Source: a virus (Duplodnaviria > Caudoviricetes). Taken from it: a stretch of 57,978 bases of DNA. The stretch is from positions 1-57,978 of the IMG/VR virus record IMGVR_UViG_3300025832_000009. One strand, given 5' to 3'. The notes beneath the pieces were generated by a model. It saw nothing but the letters and a program-made list of their open reading frames with translations. It was not told the origin of the DNA and made no database searches. Both the position numbers and the translations under genes were made by a program. Each line of letters begins with the position of its first letter. Within the stretch, counting starts at the first letter, position 1. Positions 16,723 through 27,900 of the stretch are shown here, piece after piece.

Positions 16723-19151
16723 TGCAACATAACAATGTTACTATATTTAGAAATATAAGGGACACCTCCACTCCCTTCTTCAGAGACTTGAACTCTATCC
16801 TTGAAAGAATAAAGGAAGGTAAGTCAAAAGATTTGATTAAACAGATTAGATCAGAGAAGAACAAAGAGGTTAGGCAAGAACTTAAAAAGAGTTTACCTGC
16901 TATATGTTTTTCAGGAACATTCAATAAGAGAAGTGATGATAGCTTGATTGAGCATAGTGGTTTTATATGTTTGGATTTCGATGGTTATAAAACCAAGAAA
17001 GATATGACATCTGAAAAAGAAAGGCTATCAAAAGATAGATACGTTTACTCTGTATTTGTATCGCCTAGCGGTAATGGTCTAAAAGCTATTGTTAAGATAC
17101 CTAAAGAACCAGAGAACCATAAGAACTATTTCATATCACTAGAAAGATATTTTAATTCTGATTACTTTGATAAGACTAGTAAGAATATATCAAGAGTTTG
17201 CTATGAGTCGTATGACCCATTAGTTCATGTAAACGAAAACTCAAACACCTGGACTAAGATAGAGGAGCAGGAGTACAAGGTTGTAGATAAGTATTCATCT
17301 AGGCCTACGATACCTGTCACTAATGAGAAAAAGATAGTGGATATACTTATGAAGTGGTGGACTAAGAAGTATGGTATAGTTGATGGCGAGAGAAACAATA
17401 ACGTATACATATTGGCTGCGGCCTTTAATGACTACGGAGTTACTAAGTCACTAACAGAATATATCATGTCTCAGTTTCAGAGTAGTGATTTTACAATGAA
17501 TGAAATACAGACCACTATAAACTCTGCATACTCACAAACTCAAAACCATGGCTCTAAGTATTATGAGGATGAGGATAAGGTTAATCAGGTTAGGGTTAAA
17601 TTAAAACGAGGAGTATCAAAAAAAGAAATTCGTCTTCAATTAGTTGAGTCAGGTATTGAAGATGCTATAGCGGTTTCTACTATAAGATCAATAGAAGAAG
17701 AAGATAATGACAAAAGGTTTTGGACCAAGAGCGATAAGGGTGTTATAACACTAATACATTATTTGTTTAGGCAGTTTCTTGAGGACAATGGATTCTGGAA
17801 GTATTCTCCTGAAGGTACTAAGAGTTTTATATTTGTTAAAGTAACCAACTACAAAATAGACCATACTACTGAGGAAGAAATCAAGGACTTTGTGTTAGGG
17901 CATTTGGAAAAACTTGATGATATGTCTATCTATAATTACTTTGCAGATAAGACAAGGTACTTTAAGGAAGAGTTCTTGTCCCTGTTAGGAACTGTTAATG
18001 TTTACTTTATTGAAGACGATAAGAATACAGCATACCTGTATTATAATAACTGCGCTGTAAAGGTCACGAAGAATAGCAAGACCACGATAGACTACCTAGA
18101 CTTGGGTGGATATGTTTGGAAGGACCAGGTTATAGATAGAGACTTTGAGTTGTGTGAGTCACACGAATGTGATTACAAAACATTCGTATCAAACGTAGCA
18201 GGATCTGATAAGAAAACTATTAAGTCAATGGAGAGTACGATAGGCTATATGCTTCATGCTTATAAGAATCTATCTTACTGCCCTGCTGTTATATTGAATG
18301 ATGAGATTATATCAGACAATCCAGAGGGTGGTACAGGTAAGGGTTTATTTATCAATGCCATATCCAAGATGAAGAAGTTGGTAGTTATTGATGGTAAAGG
18401 TTTTAATTTTGAGAAGAGTTTTGCCTACCAGTTGGTTAGTGCAGATACTCAGATACTTTGTTTTGATGATGTCAAGAAACATTTTGACTTTGAAAGATTG
18501 TTTAGTGTTGTTACCGAGGGGTTAACACTAGAGAAGAAGAACAAGGATGCAATCAAGATACCATTCCATAAGTCACCAAAGGTTGCTATAACAACTAACT
18601 ATGCGATTAAGGGTAAGGGTAATTCATTTGAGAGAAGAAAGTGGGAGTTAGAGTTTAAGCAATTCTATACAAAAGAATTTACTCCATTGGTAGAATTTCA
18701 AAAGCTTTTATTTTCTGACTGGAATGAAGATGAGTGGTGTGCATTTGATAACTATATGATAGAGAACCTTATGTACTATCTTAATCATGGATTAGTTAAA
18801 TCTGAATTCAAGAACCTATCTATTAGAAAACTATCTGCTGCTACCTCACATGAGTTCATTGAGTTCTGTGGATTGATACTAGGAAGCAATCCAAATGAGT
18901 TACTTAGAATGAATGAAAAGATATACACTAAAGATTTGTTTACAGAATTTATAAGTGAGAATCAGGATTATGCGCCAAGGGCTAAAAGAAGTATTTCTAA
19001 CATTGCTTTTAATAAATGGCTAAAAGACTATGGAGAGTTTAGGAAAGATGTAGTTAATGTAGTTCTAGACAGAGACTTAAACGGTAAGTTTATTATTTAC
19101 TCAACAAAGAAAACTAACCCAAAACAAAAAGAAGATGAGTTTGAATTCTGA
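16722..19151 (+). CDS. Primase-helicase (BT4734/VirE-N-like primase, PriCT, SF3-like P-loop helicase)
   Basis: KKSLP..FSG.F, ICLDFD, SPSGNGLK, GERNN, Walker A GGTGKG, FDD, ITTNY. Confidence 0.88.
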   Translation: MQHNNVTIFRNIRDTSTPFFRDLNSILERIKEGKSKDLIKQIRSEKNKEVRQELKKSLPAICFSGTFNKRSDDSLIEHSGFICLDFDGYKTKKDMTSEKERLSKDRYVYSVFVSPSGNGLKAIVKIPKEPENHKNYFISLERYFNSDYFDKTSKNISRVCYESYDPLVHVNENSNTWTKIEEQEYKVVDKYSSRPTIPVTNEKKIVDILMKWWTKKYGIVDGERNNNVYILAAAFNDYGVTKSLTEYIMSQFQSSDFTMNEIQTTINSAYSQTQNHGSKYYEDEDKVNQVRVKLKRGVSKKEIRLQLVESGIEDAIAVSTIRSIEEEDNDKRFWTKSDKGVITLIHYLFRQFLEDNGFWKYSPEGTKSFIFVKVTNYKIDHTTEEEIKDFVLGHLEKLDDMSIYNYFADKTRYFKEEFLSLLGTVNVYFIEDDKNTAYLYYNNCAVKVTKNSKTTIDYLDLGGYVWKDQVIDRDFELCESHECDYKTFVSNVAGSDKKTIKSMESTIGYMLHAYKNLSYCPAVILNDEIISDNPEGGTGKGLFINAISKMKKLVVIDGKGFNFEKSFAYQLVSADTQILCFDDVKKHFDFERLFSVVTEGLTLEKKNKDAIKIPFHKSPKVAITTNYAIKGKGNSFERRKWELEFKQFYTKEFTPLVEFQKLLFSDWNEDEWCAFDNYMIENLMYYLNHGLVKSEFKNLSIRKLSAATSHEFIEFCGLILGSNPNELLRMNEKIYTKDLFTEFISENQDYAPRAKRSISNIAFNKWLKDYGEFRKDVVNVVLDRDLNGKFIIYSTKKTNPKQKEDEFEF

Positions 19152-19407
19152 TCTACAATGGTGTATCGACAATGACTTTCAGGTTTATATAAAGAAGATG
19201 GACCATAGCGGTTATTTTAAAGTTGCTATAAGAAAAGGAGGTATATCATCTAATGGTAAGGATATTTTCTTTTGTAAAGAAACTCAGATGAACTTGTATA
19301 GTGTAGAGAAGCTTGGTAAAATAGATTATAAGAATCAAGAGAAAGCTAATAAGGTTTTACCAGGTGTCTACAAGTATTTAAAAGAAACATACCAAAAAAA
19401 GCTATGA
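19135..19407 (+). CDS. Hypothetical protein
   Basis: ORF track, coupled. Confidence 0.6.
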   Translation: MSLNSDLQWCIDNDFQVYIKKMDHSGYFKVAIRKGGISSNGKDIFFCKETQMNLYSVEKLGKIDYKNQEKANKVLPGVYKYLKETYQKKL

Positions 19408-19640
19408 AGAAAAAAGAATGGTTGTTCATGCAAACACCAAAAGAAAAAGCATACGAGATATATAAGAAGTTTTACAATGTAGATGGTCAAGACTTTCACA
19501 ATACGGTTAGTAGTAAGATATCAAAGCAATGTGCTAAACTACACGTAAGACTTATACTTGAAAACGAAATAATAAAACCATCTAACAACCAAGCAATAGA
19601 ATACTATCATTTGGTTGAAGAAGAAATACATAAGATATGA
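19404..19640 (+). CDS. Hypothetical protein (TPKEKA..AKQCA-type family)
   Basis: Motif recurrent in Bacteroidota phages. Confidence 0.65.
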   Translation: MKKKEWLFMQTPKEKAYEIYKKFYNVDGQDFHNTVSSKISKQCAKLHVRLILENEIIKPSNNQAIEYYHLVEEEIHKI

Positions 19641-19861
19641 AAGAAATTATAGTTTTTAGTTACCAGGGTTCAGATCCTATTTTATACAAGGAAGTTGATT
19701 ATAAATTTTCAATTGGCGATACTGTATATTGTGAATTAACAAAAGAGGAATTAGAAATTCTGAAAGATTTTTACCCTCATTCAGATTGTGAAGGGGTTAT
19801 AACTAAAAAATGGATTAATATAGTAGATATGAAAATATTATGGACTGTTGATATTTCCTAA
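19637..19861 (+). CDS. Hypothetical protein
   Basis: ORF track. Confidence 0.6.
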   Translation: MKEIIVFSYQGSDPILYKEVDYKFSIGDTVYCELTKEELEILKDFYPHSDCEGVITKKWINIVDMKILWTVDIS

Positions 19862-19865
19862 TGCA

Positions 19866-20203
19866 CCCTAACGTAATACAGATAAGAATAGTTGTGAATT
19901 AAATAAAAAATAAAACAAATGATAAGTAGAGAAGAATATAATAAAGCATTAGACACAGTAGAAGCCTACCATAAACAATTATTTTTATGCGATGTTGGTA
20001 GTAGTTTAATAACCAAAAAAACGCCAATAGATAAATGGAGCGAATACGCTAAATTGCCGACAAAAATAAAAAATGTCTTTTTCAGAACAGGGACTGAATT
20101 TATGGAGGATATGACTTATGAATTAATGATGAGGCAGCCATATTTAGGACAAAGTCATTGGAGTACTTTTATAGCACTTAGAGGTTATTAAATTACTACC
20201 AAC
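19866..20203 (+). mobile_element. attC-like hairpin plus cassette bounded by inverted core sites
   Basis: CCCTAAC...14-bp stem...GTTGGTA; GTTGGTAGTAGTTT and AAATTACTACCAAC form an inverted pair. Confidence 0.4.
19919..20191 (+). CDS. Hypothetical cassette protein
   Basis: ORF track. Confidence 0.65.
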   Translation: MISREEYNKALDTVEAYHKQLFLCDVGSSLITKKTPIDKWSEYAKLPTKIKNVFFRTGTEFMEDMTYELMMRQPYLGQSHWSTFIALRGY

Positions 20204-20230
20204 TCCGTATAACGTTAACTAAAATAAACT

Positions 20231-21469
20231 ATGATAAAATTTAGAGACTATCAGAAGGATATTATAACCAAAGGGGTTAAGTGTTTGCTTGATTACAGTT
20301 TTGTATACTTGTCTATGGAAGTAAGAACAGGTAAGACGCTTACATCACTAGGAATCTTAAATAAGATTATGAGTGTGAACAGAGTATTATTCATTACAAA
20401 GAAGAAGGCAATAAGCAGTATTGAATCTGATTATAAGCTACTGAGTCCAGACTATGAGATATTCGTTATAAACTACGAATCCTTGCATAAGGTTGATCTT
20501 AAAGGTTGGGATGCGATTGTGTGTGATGAGGCTCATAGTATGGGGGCTTTTCCAAAGCCAAGTAAAAGAGCAAAGCAGGTTAAAGAGTTTGTAATTAAAA
20601 ACAACCCATACGTAATACTGCTATCAGGTACACCTACTCCAGAGTCATTTAGTCAAATGTATCATCAGGTATATAGTATAGCAGGTAATCCTTTCAGAGA
20701 ACATACAAACTTCTATAAGTTTGCTAGAGAACATGTTGTCGCTAAGACAAAACGTATAGGTTCTTTTATGGTTAATGATTACTCAGATGGAAAACAAACT
20801 ATACTTGATAAAATGAATCAGTATATGATTTCATACACTCAAAAAGAAGCAGGGTTTAATTCTTCTATAAAAGAAACCATACTTACAGTTGATGCTCCAG
20901 AATCTATTCACAGCCTCTGTAAGCTACTTAAAAAAGATTTAGTTGTGCAAGGTAAGGATGATGTTATATTGGCTGATACAGGCGTTAAACTAATGCAGAA
21001 GCTTCATCAGATGTATAGCGGAACTGTTAAGTTTGAAAGTGGCAACTCTATGGTCTTAAATAATTTCAAAGGGGAGTTTATTTACAACAACTTTTGTGCT
21101 AATAAGATAGGAATATTTTATAAATTTAAAGAAGAATTGAATTGCCTTAAAGAAGTGTATGGAGATCAATTATGCACAGACTTAGAGACGTTTGAAAGTA
21201 CAAACAAATCTATTGCATTGCAGATTGTTAGCGGTAGAGAAGGCATTAGTTTAAGACAAGCAGAGTACCTAGTCTATTATAACATAGACTTTAGTGCTAC
21301 TAGTTATTGGCAGAGTCGTGATAGAATGACTACGAAGGATAGACCTGAGAACGAAGTCTTTTGGATATTCACTAAGGGAGGAATAGAGAAACAAATATAT
21401 AGAACAGTAAGCAAGAAAAAAGATTATACGTTAAAACATTTCAAAAGAGATTTATTAACTTTAAATTAA
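20231..21469 (+). CDS. SF2 (SNF2-like) helicase
   Basis: FRDYQ, RTGKT, DEAH, LSGTP, GREGISL, QSRDR. Confidence 0.9.
   Translation: MIKFRDYQKDIITKGVKCLLDYSFVYLSMEVRTGKTLTSLGILNKIMSVNRVLFITKKKAISSIESDYKLLSPDYEIFVINYESLHKVDLKGWDAIVCDEAHSMGAFPKPSKRAKQVKEFVIKNNPYVILLSGTPTPESFSQMYHQVYSIAGNPFREHTNFYKFAREHVVAKTKRIGSFMVNDYSDGKQTILDKMNQYMISYTQKEAGFNSSIKETILTVDAPESIHSLCKLLKKDLVVQGKDDVILADTGVKLMQKLHQMYSGTVKFESGNSMVLNNFKGEFIYNNFCANKIGIFYKFKEELNCLKEVYGDQLCTDLETFESTNKSIALQIVSGREGISLRQAEYLVYYNIDFSATSYWQSRDRMTTKDRPENEVFWIFTKGGIEKQIYRTVSKKKDYTLKHFKRDLLTLN
20368..20381 (-). repeat. Dispersed motif, copy 5 (inside helicase gene)
   Basis: Reverse complement TGTTCACACTCATA. Confidence 0.75.
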
Positions 21470-21474
21470 ATACA

Positions 21475-21810
21475 ATGAACGAAAGAAAAAATTATAATAA
21501 ACTAACTTATGTATGCGACAATTGGTCGTATGAAAACTCATACAATGATGTAAAAGTAAAACAGTTGGTAAAATGGATACATGAAGAAGGAAGGCCTCTT
21601 GAGAGAAAAGAGATTTTAGAGAAATCTAAATCCATGTTTATAAAAGAACGAACTTTAGCTGATATATTAAAGAAATTAGTTTTAACTAAAAAAATAAAAA
21701 GGTTATCTCATGGTGTGTATCTAGGTAAGTGTAAAGTTTTTTATACTTATGACAACTTTGGTGAGTCAAGATGGTGTGTAAACTGTGGTCAACCTGAATC
21801 AGAACATTAA
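21475..21810 (+). CDS. Winged-helix-like protein flanked by 24-bp direct repeats
   Basis: TLADILKKLV..KKIKRLSHGVY; repeats at 21454 and 21806. Confidence 0.6.
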   Translation: MNERKNYNKLTYVCDNWSYENSYNDVKVKQLVKWIHEEGRPLERKEILEKSKSMFIKERTLADILKKLVLTKKIKRLSHGVYLGKCKVFYTYDNFGESRWCVNCGQPESEH

Positions 21811-21920
21811 CTTTAAATTAAATATAATGGTAGAAGCAATAGGTTGGCTAACTATAGCCTGGATAGTAATGGTAGTAGGAAAAGCAATAGGTAGAAGAAT
21901 ATGGCCTGAAGACTGGAGAG

Positions 21921-22382
21921 ATGATAGTTAAATTAGACGAATTAGAGATAGAGCTATGCGAATATATTGGGAAGCTTAGATCTAGTATAGCTAGAAGTAA
22001 TAATGTTTTTGATGCCAAAATAGGAGACCAAAACGGAGTAGAAGCAGATATTCAAGGATTTAAAGCAGAATATGCTTTTGCTAAAAAAAATAATTTATTT
22101 CCAGATTTTGGATTGTCACCAAGAAGTGGTAGTGCTGATGGAGTAACAAAAGAAAATAATAGATACGACATAAAATCTACTAACTATAAAACTGGTAACT
22201 TACTTTCTACTTTAAAAGTAAATCAAGATGTAGACGTTTATGTTTTAGCTTACGTAAACAAAAACATAGTGGATTTTGTAGGTTGGGCTACTAAAGATGA
22301 ATTAATAAGAAAAGAAAATATAAAAAGCTTAGGGCATGGCTCTGGATATTTTTTAAGCAGACATAAGCTACATAAATTTTAA
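21921..22382 (+). CDS. PD-(D/E)XK nuclease-like protein
   Basis: G..AEYAF, ADG, YDIKST, FVGW. Confidence 0.6.
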   Translation: MIVKLDELEIELCEYIGKLRSSIARSNNVFDAKIGDQNGVEADIQGFKAEYAFAKKNNLFPDFGLSPRSGSADGVTKENNRYDIKSTNYKTGNLLSTLKVNQDVDVYVLAYVNKNIVDFVGWATKDELIRKENIKSLGHGSGYFLSRHKLHKF

Positions 22383-22501
22383 TATGACAAAAGAAACTTT
22401 AGGAGAAACAAGAAAAACTATTTGGGTATTTGGAAAACCACAAAGTATGTGGATTCCAATGATGAATCCAAAATATTTAACCGAGAATAATCTTTGGGAC
22501 A

Positions 22502-22741
22502 ATGACGGAACAACAGATACAAGCGAAAAGGATTAAACAGCTAGAGGCTGAAGGGTACTATGTTATCAAGCTTATTAAGACTAATAAGAATGGCATACCT
22601 GATGTTGTAGCTATACCACCTAACTGTGGTGTCCTATTCTCTGAAATAAAAAAGCCAAAGGGCAGGGTGTCTGCCTTACAAGAATATAGACTAAAAGAAT
22701 TAGAAAAGCATGGAGTCAGAACAGAAGTATATAGAGGATGA
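22502..22741 (+). CDS. VRR-NUC domain nuclease (resolvase-like)
   Basis: TEQQIQ, GIPD, FSEIK, SALQ. Confidence 0.85.
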   Translation: MTEQQIQAKRIKQLEAEGYYVIKLIKTNKNGIPDVVAIPPNCGVLFSEIKKPKGRVSALQEYRLKELEKHGVRTEVYRG

Positions 22742-23024
22742 GTTTGAATTGGATGAAAACTTCCTATATCAAATACACACATTTAACCCTAGTGTAAAGA
22801 ATAAGATAGCAGCGCAAATAGATACCTTAATAGGTCTGCCTACAACAAAGGGTTTAGACAAGTTAAAGTCTGGAGTAGTACACGATAAAGATGGAACACC
22901 AACTTTCTTTACTCTTTCCTATTCCAAAAGAAATAAGAACTCACCATCTATACTGTTAGATATATTTGAAATAACACTAGACCAATACCTAAACGATATT
23001 AATTTAAACATTCATATAAAATGA
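22710..23024 (+). CDS. Hypothetical protein
   Basis: ORF track. Confidence 0.55.
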   Translation: MESEQKYIEDEFELDENFLYQIHTFNPSVKNKIAAQIDTLIGLPTTKGLDKLKSGVVHDKDGTPTFFTLSYSKRNKNSPSILLDIFEITLDQYLNDINLNIHIK

Positions 23025-23425
23025 AATTCGAATCATCACCTGAAATCAAATTAAAAAATAAAGTAGAAGCCGAGTCAATTAAGGTATTAATTGAACAAGA
23101 AATGGAAATTGAAAATATATTTAAAAACACTAGAAGACGAGAGTATGTGGACGCAAGAAGAATACTATTCTACATTCTTAGAAACAACTTTCTTCTAACC
23201 TATTTTGAAATAGGAAGGATTTCTAAAAGAGATCACGCAACTATTATACATGCAATTAAAGATTTTGATTATATAATTAAGGCTGACCCAATATTAAATG
23301 GTGTATATCAAAAAGCGCTAGAAAGAGCTGAGTTTATTACAACGTACTCTCCAGAGGCAAGAAAAGAAGAGATAATCAAAAAGATAGAACAGCTTAACGA
23401 AGAGTTACTTACTTTATCTAATTAA
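23021..23425 (+). CDS. DnaA domain IV (C-terminal HTH) protein
   Basis: RRREYVDARRILFY...EIGRISKRDHATIIHA matches the DnaA RDHTTV signature. Confidence 0.8.
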   Translation: MKFESSPEIKLKNKVEAESIKVLIEQEMEIENIFKNTRRREYVDARRILFYILRNNFLLTYFEIGRISKRDHATIIHAIKDFDYIIKADPILNGVYQKALERAEFITTYSPEARKEEIIKKIEQLNEELLTLSN

Positions 23426-23458
23426 AATAATTAACTTTTATTTTGTATCTTTATTGAC

Positions 23459-24490
23459 ATGGAAAACAATAATGTAGGTTACAGACCAAGACTTACTGAT
23501 GAGGAAAGTGTGATGATAAGTAATCACAGAGCATTAAAAGTAGAATGCGAAACTAACGGAATACCAATGAGTGATGTAAATCATTACTGGTATAAAGGCA
23601 AAAGCTTTTCTCTTCATGTAAAAAACAACGGTGTCTCTTTAGACAAAGTAAGAGAGGATATTATAAAGGAAATGAATAAACATTCTCCTTCATATCCTAA
23701 GATTAAAAGAACAAAACAGAAAGACCCTCACCTACTAGTAATTGATCCTGCTGACATACACATAGGTAAGCTAGCATCATCATTTGAAACAGGTGAGGAT
23801 TATAACTCACAGATAGCTGTCAAGAGAGTAAAGGAAGGAATACAAGGAATACTTGAAAAGTCTAATGGCTTTAAAATAGATAAGATATTATTTGTAGGTG
23901 GTAACGATATACTTCATATCGATGAGCCACACCGAAAAACAACAGCAGGTACACCACAAGATACTGATGGGATGTGGTACGAAAACTTCCTTACAGCAAA
24001 AAAACTTTACATAGATGTATTAGAAACATTAATCGCAGTGGCAGATGTTCACTTTGTTTACAACCCAAGTAACCACGATTACATATCAGGATTCATGTTA
24101 TCGGACTCTATACAGTCTTGGTTTAGGAAAAGCAAGAACATTACATTCGATTGCTCAATAGCCCATAGGAAAGGTTTTAAGTACGGAAATAACTTAATTG
24201 GAACAACACATGGAGATGGAGCGAAACAAGCTGATTTACCCCTTATAATGGCTAATGAGTTCTCTCAGTGGTGGGCAGACACAAAGCATCGTTATGTTTA
24301 CACACACCATATACATCACAAGTCTAGTAAAGACTATCATGGCATTACAGTTGAGTCGTTAAGGTCACCAAGCGGATCTGATTCCTGGCATCATAGAAAA
24401 GGTTATGGTGTTGGTGGAATAAAAGCTGTCGAAGGATTTATACACTCAATGGAACATGGACAAGTAGCAAGATTAACACACATATTTTAA
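23459..24490 (+). CDS. Calcineurin-like metallophosphoesterase
   Basis: DIH.G, GND, SNHD, HGD and HHIHH motifs. Confidence 0.85.
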   Translation: MENNNVGYRPRLTDEESVMISNHRALKVECETNGIPMSDVNHYWYKGKSFSLHVKNNGVSLDKVREDIIKEMNKHSPSYPKIKRTKQKDPHLLVIDPADIHIGKLASSFETGEDYNSQIAVKRVKEGIQGILEKSNGFKIDKILFVGGNDILHIDEPHRKTTAGTPQDTDGMWYENFLTAKKLYIDVLETLIAVADVHFVYNPSNHDYISGFMLSDSIQSWFRKSKNITFDCSIAHRKGFKYGNNLIGTTHGDGAKQADLPLIMANEFSQWWADTKHRYVYTHHIHHKSSKDYHGITVESLRSPSGSDSWHHRKGYGVGGIKAVEGFIHSMEHGQVARLTHIF

Positions 24491-24611
24491 AAGATGGAAA
24501 ACACAAAATGTATTGAAGTAAGAAAAGATTATTACCTATTAATAGTTAATGACGTTTCACTAGGCGAGTTTGAAAAAAGTGACTTAAGACACGTAATAGA
24601 AGTTATAGACA

Positions 24612-24839
24612 ATGCAATATAAACAAGACACAACTCTTCTAGAGGAACGATATTCTTCTAGAAAGATTAATGGATTAGATGTCATTGATTTAATTAAGCA
24701 CTGGGATTTAAATTTTAACGAAGGGAATATTCTTAAATACCTACTAAGAAAAAAAGGAGACGATATATCTGACATGAAAAAAATAGCTGACTATGCAAAT
24801 AGAGAAGCAGAACACTTACAAAATGATGGAACAAATTAA
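24612..24839 (+). CDS. DUF3310-like protein
   Basis: DVID...FNEGNILKYL.R...D..K. Confidence 0.7.
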   Translation: MQYKQDTTLLEERYSSRKINGLDVIDLIKHWDLNFNEGNILKYLLRKKGDDISDMKKIADYANREAEHLQNDGTN

Positions 24840-24926
24840 AGAGCAAATACTAAAAGAGAAGTTGAAAGATAAACCCAACTTCTCTTTGATTAGAAAATTA
24901 CAACAGTTAATTGATAAGGTTAAAAA

Positions 24927-27900
24927 TTAAAAAGATTTAGGATTAAACGATTTTCCACTTTTCTTTTTTCCTTTCTCATTACCAAAAGAAGCTGGTGAAA
25001 AAGATTTATCATTTTTACTTTTGCTATTTGTTTTTTCAACTTTACGATCCTTACCTTGATCTATTCTTTTTAGTTGCTTTGCTTCATTATCTATCATTTT
25101 TTGAGAAGGATTTTTAATACCTCTCTGATTTAGTACAGCTTCAGCTTCTACAATATAATCAACTTTCTCTTCTATTTCTCTTGATTTACCTATATCCTTA
25201 AAAGCTCTTTCAGCAATATATCCTACTTCACTTGAATTTAAAACAGGGACACCAATTAAATGCATAGCATAAGCCATAGTCGTCATTTTCAAGGCGTTTA
25301 ATTTTTCAGGGTCTATTTCAGCTTTACTTTCTCTACCCATAAAAACAGTGGTCTTTTCTCCTGTAACAATTGTTTTAATCATATCAGCAAGTATTACTGC
25401 TTTTTTTGCACCGATTCCTAATGTACCTAGTTGGTCAATTATTTTTTTATCTGTCTTTGCAAAGAACTGAAATGGATTATCCTCATCGTCTTGAAACATA
25501 GACATCAATCCGTTTATTTTATTTAAACTTTCGTCATTTAAAATAGGTATTGGAACAAGAATATCTGCTAATGCATTTCCAGTTCTACCTATTAACCTTT
25601 GATTAAACTCTTTCTCTCTTTTTTCTTCTCTTGCTCTTTTATTAGCATATCTGTTTAAATTCGGGTCTTCTTCTTCTCCTGATATTAATCTTGCGGCAGC
25701 AGCTAATGTTTGAGTTATTCCTAAACCAATAGCATTAAACATTGCTGTTTCTACACCTAAACCTCCCAATGACCTAAGCGCTCTAGTCTTATCACCTGGA
25801 AGAGCAGTTGGGTTATTAGTTAAAGTATTTATATCTGAATACATTCTTGTTTTTTGATTTAACAAAAAGTTTGCAAAAGGAAATAATGTTTTACGAACCA
25901 TTTGAGAACCAAAGTTTTGATTAGTAAACAAGTCTCCTTGAAGGTCTTGGTCAGATGTATTTTGTTGCCTATCCACTTGTTGCTGTGCATACTGTGCAGC
26001 TTTTTTGTCTAATGGTTTAGACCAATCAATATTAGTAGTATCTCCTCCATCTTTTTTTACTTGCTGAATATAATAAGCAATAAAAGAAGCTCTTGCTGTC
26101 TGAACATCTGGATACACCAAGAAAGCTTCAAGTGTCTTTTTATTTATTTTATCAGCAGCATCAATTACTCTACCTCCTTTTGTCTGTGCTTTCTTTTTAA
26201 TTCTACTATCAGCATTTTCAATATCTGATTGAGATTGTATTCCCCTGTTAGCAATAGGTAAGCCTGAATTGTCTATAGCCTTTTGAACCTCAGCATCAAA
26301 AATTAACTTAGATCCTTTTAATGTATTGCTGAGACCTGCATTAAACATTGTGTTAAAAATAGGAACTATTTGTTTTACAAACTGAGTTGGCCCACCTAAA
26401 ACTCTAGACACACCTAATGTAGCAACCTTATTCAAACGATTTAAAGCTCTTTTTGTTGAACCATCAACATATTTTTTACCTCGTTTAGAATCTACATAGC
26501 TATTTATTCTTTCATTAATTATTTCTTTTGCTGATTCATTTGTAAAAACTTCGTTAAAAGCTTTTGACTCTCTAGCTCCTTTCACTTGTTGTATAGAAGG
26601 GGCTGTATATATATCAGTTAAAGCAGCTTTATAATTACTCATATTCTGAGCATCAAAACTTAAGTTTAATACATCTCCTGTCTCAAGAGAACCAGGTTTA
26701 GTAGCTTCTTTTAAAACACCTGTTTTTTTGTCGTAAGCGCTTTTTCTTTTATTTCCTTCAGGATTAAAAACAGGTTGTGTTATATCTACATCTTCTGCTT
26801 TTGGTTGCTTTACTTTTTGAATGTTTCTAGGAGTATAGTTAGTATCTTTTCCTAAATTCTTGTTATATACATTCAAGGACGTATCAGCTAATTCATTATA
26901 TTTTTTAGCCCAGATTTCCGTAACATATTTTACTCCATCTAAATTTGCAGGGTCTGCTTTACTTTCAACGTCCTCTATAGAGTTAGAGTCTTTCAAAAGC
27001 TTATCATATTGAGCTTTAACAATCTCACCTTTTTTAACTTTTAACTTGTCTCCTGAAGCCATAAGTCTCTCATAAGTTTGCTGAATAAGTTTCTTACTCT
27101 TTTCAAATTCCTTTTGTTCTTTCCCTGGTGTAAACCTCCTTACATCTGCTAATATACCTCTTTGAGTATCATTGGATTCGTCAAAGTATATACCATCTTG
27201 CATTTTCTTTTTTGCAAATTTATCTGCATAATCTTTCTCTGTATTAGCTGCTTCTTTTTGAGCTTTTGCGCTACCGTTTATTATTCCATCAAGCCCTAAA
27301 GCCTCCATAACCATTCTCGCCTTCTGTTGAGACTTAAATGTAAGTTCAAAGACATTAGGTAAAGTGGATATTTGTTTATTCCAAAACTTACCTAAGCCAA
27401 ATAATGATTTGTTTTCAGTATTTTTAATTCCTTTATTTTTTAAACGAGTTATTTTAGTATTACCAACTTGCTGCATTAGAGAAGCCTCCATTCCACCCGT
27501 AGATTGGTTAAGCTCAAAATTAACTATCGAATCTAATGCTTCCAATTTTTGCTTGGTAGTCATTAGACTTAAGTCCATGTTTAAAAAATTATTGATTAAA
27601 GTTTTTTGAGTCTTGGTAACCTTTATGTCTCCAGACTCTATAGCTCCTTTTATATTTATCTTAGTGTTTTTAAAAGCGTTATTTGCTGCTTTATCAATTG
27701 CGTTCTTTTTATCCTTAAGAATCTGTGCATCTGTTTCAGAAGTATTTGTTGAACCATCTACCTCATACAGTATCTCTTTCATTTGGTCAAGAGTTAAGTC
27801 CCCTGGTTCTAGCCCTGTCAATTCTTGAAATGACTCTTTGGCTAACTCATAGTTTCTTTCTGATTCTAATTCAGTTTCTTTTTTTGAATACTCCTCAATT

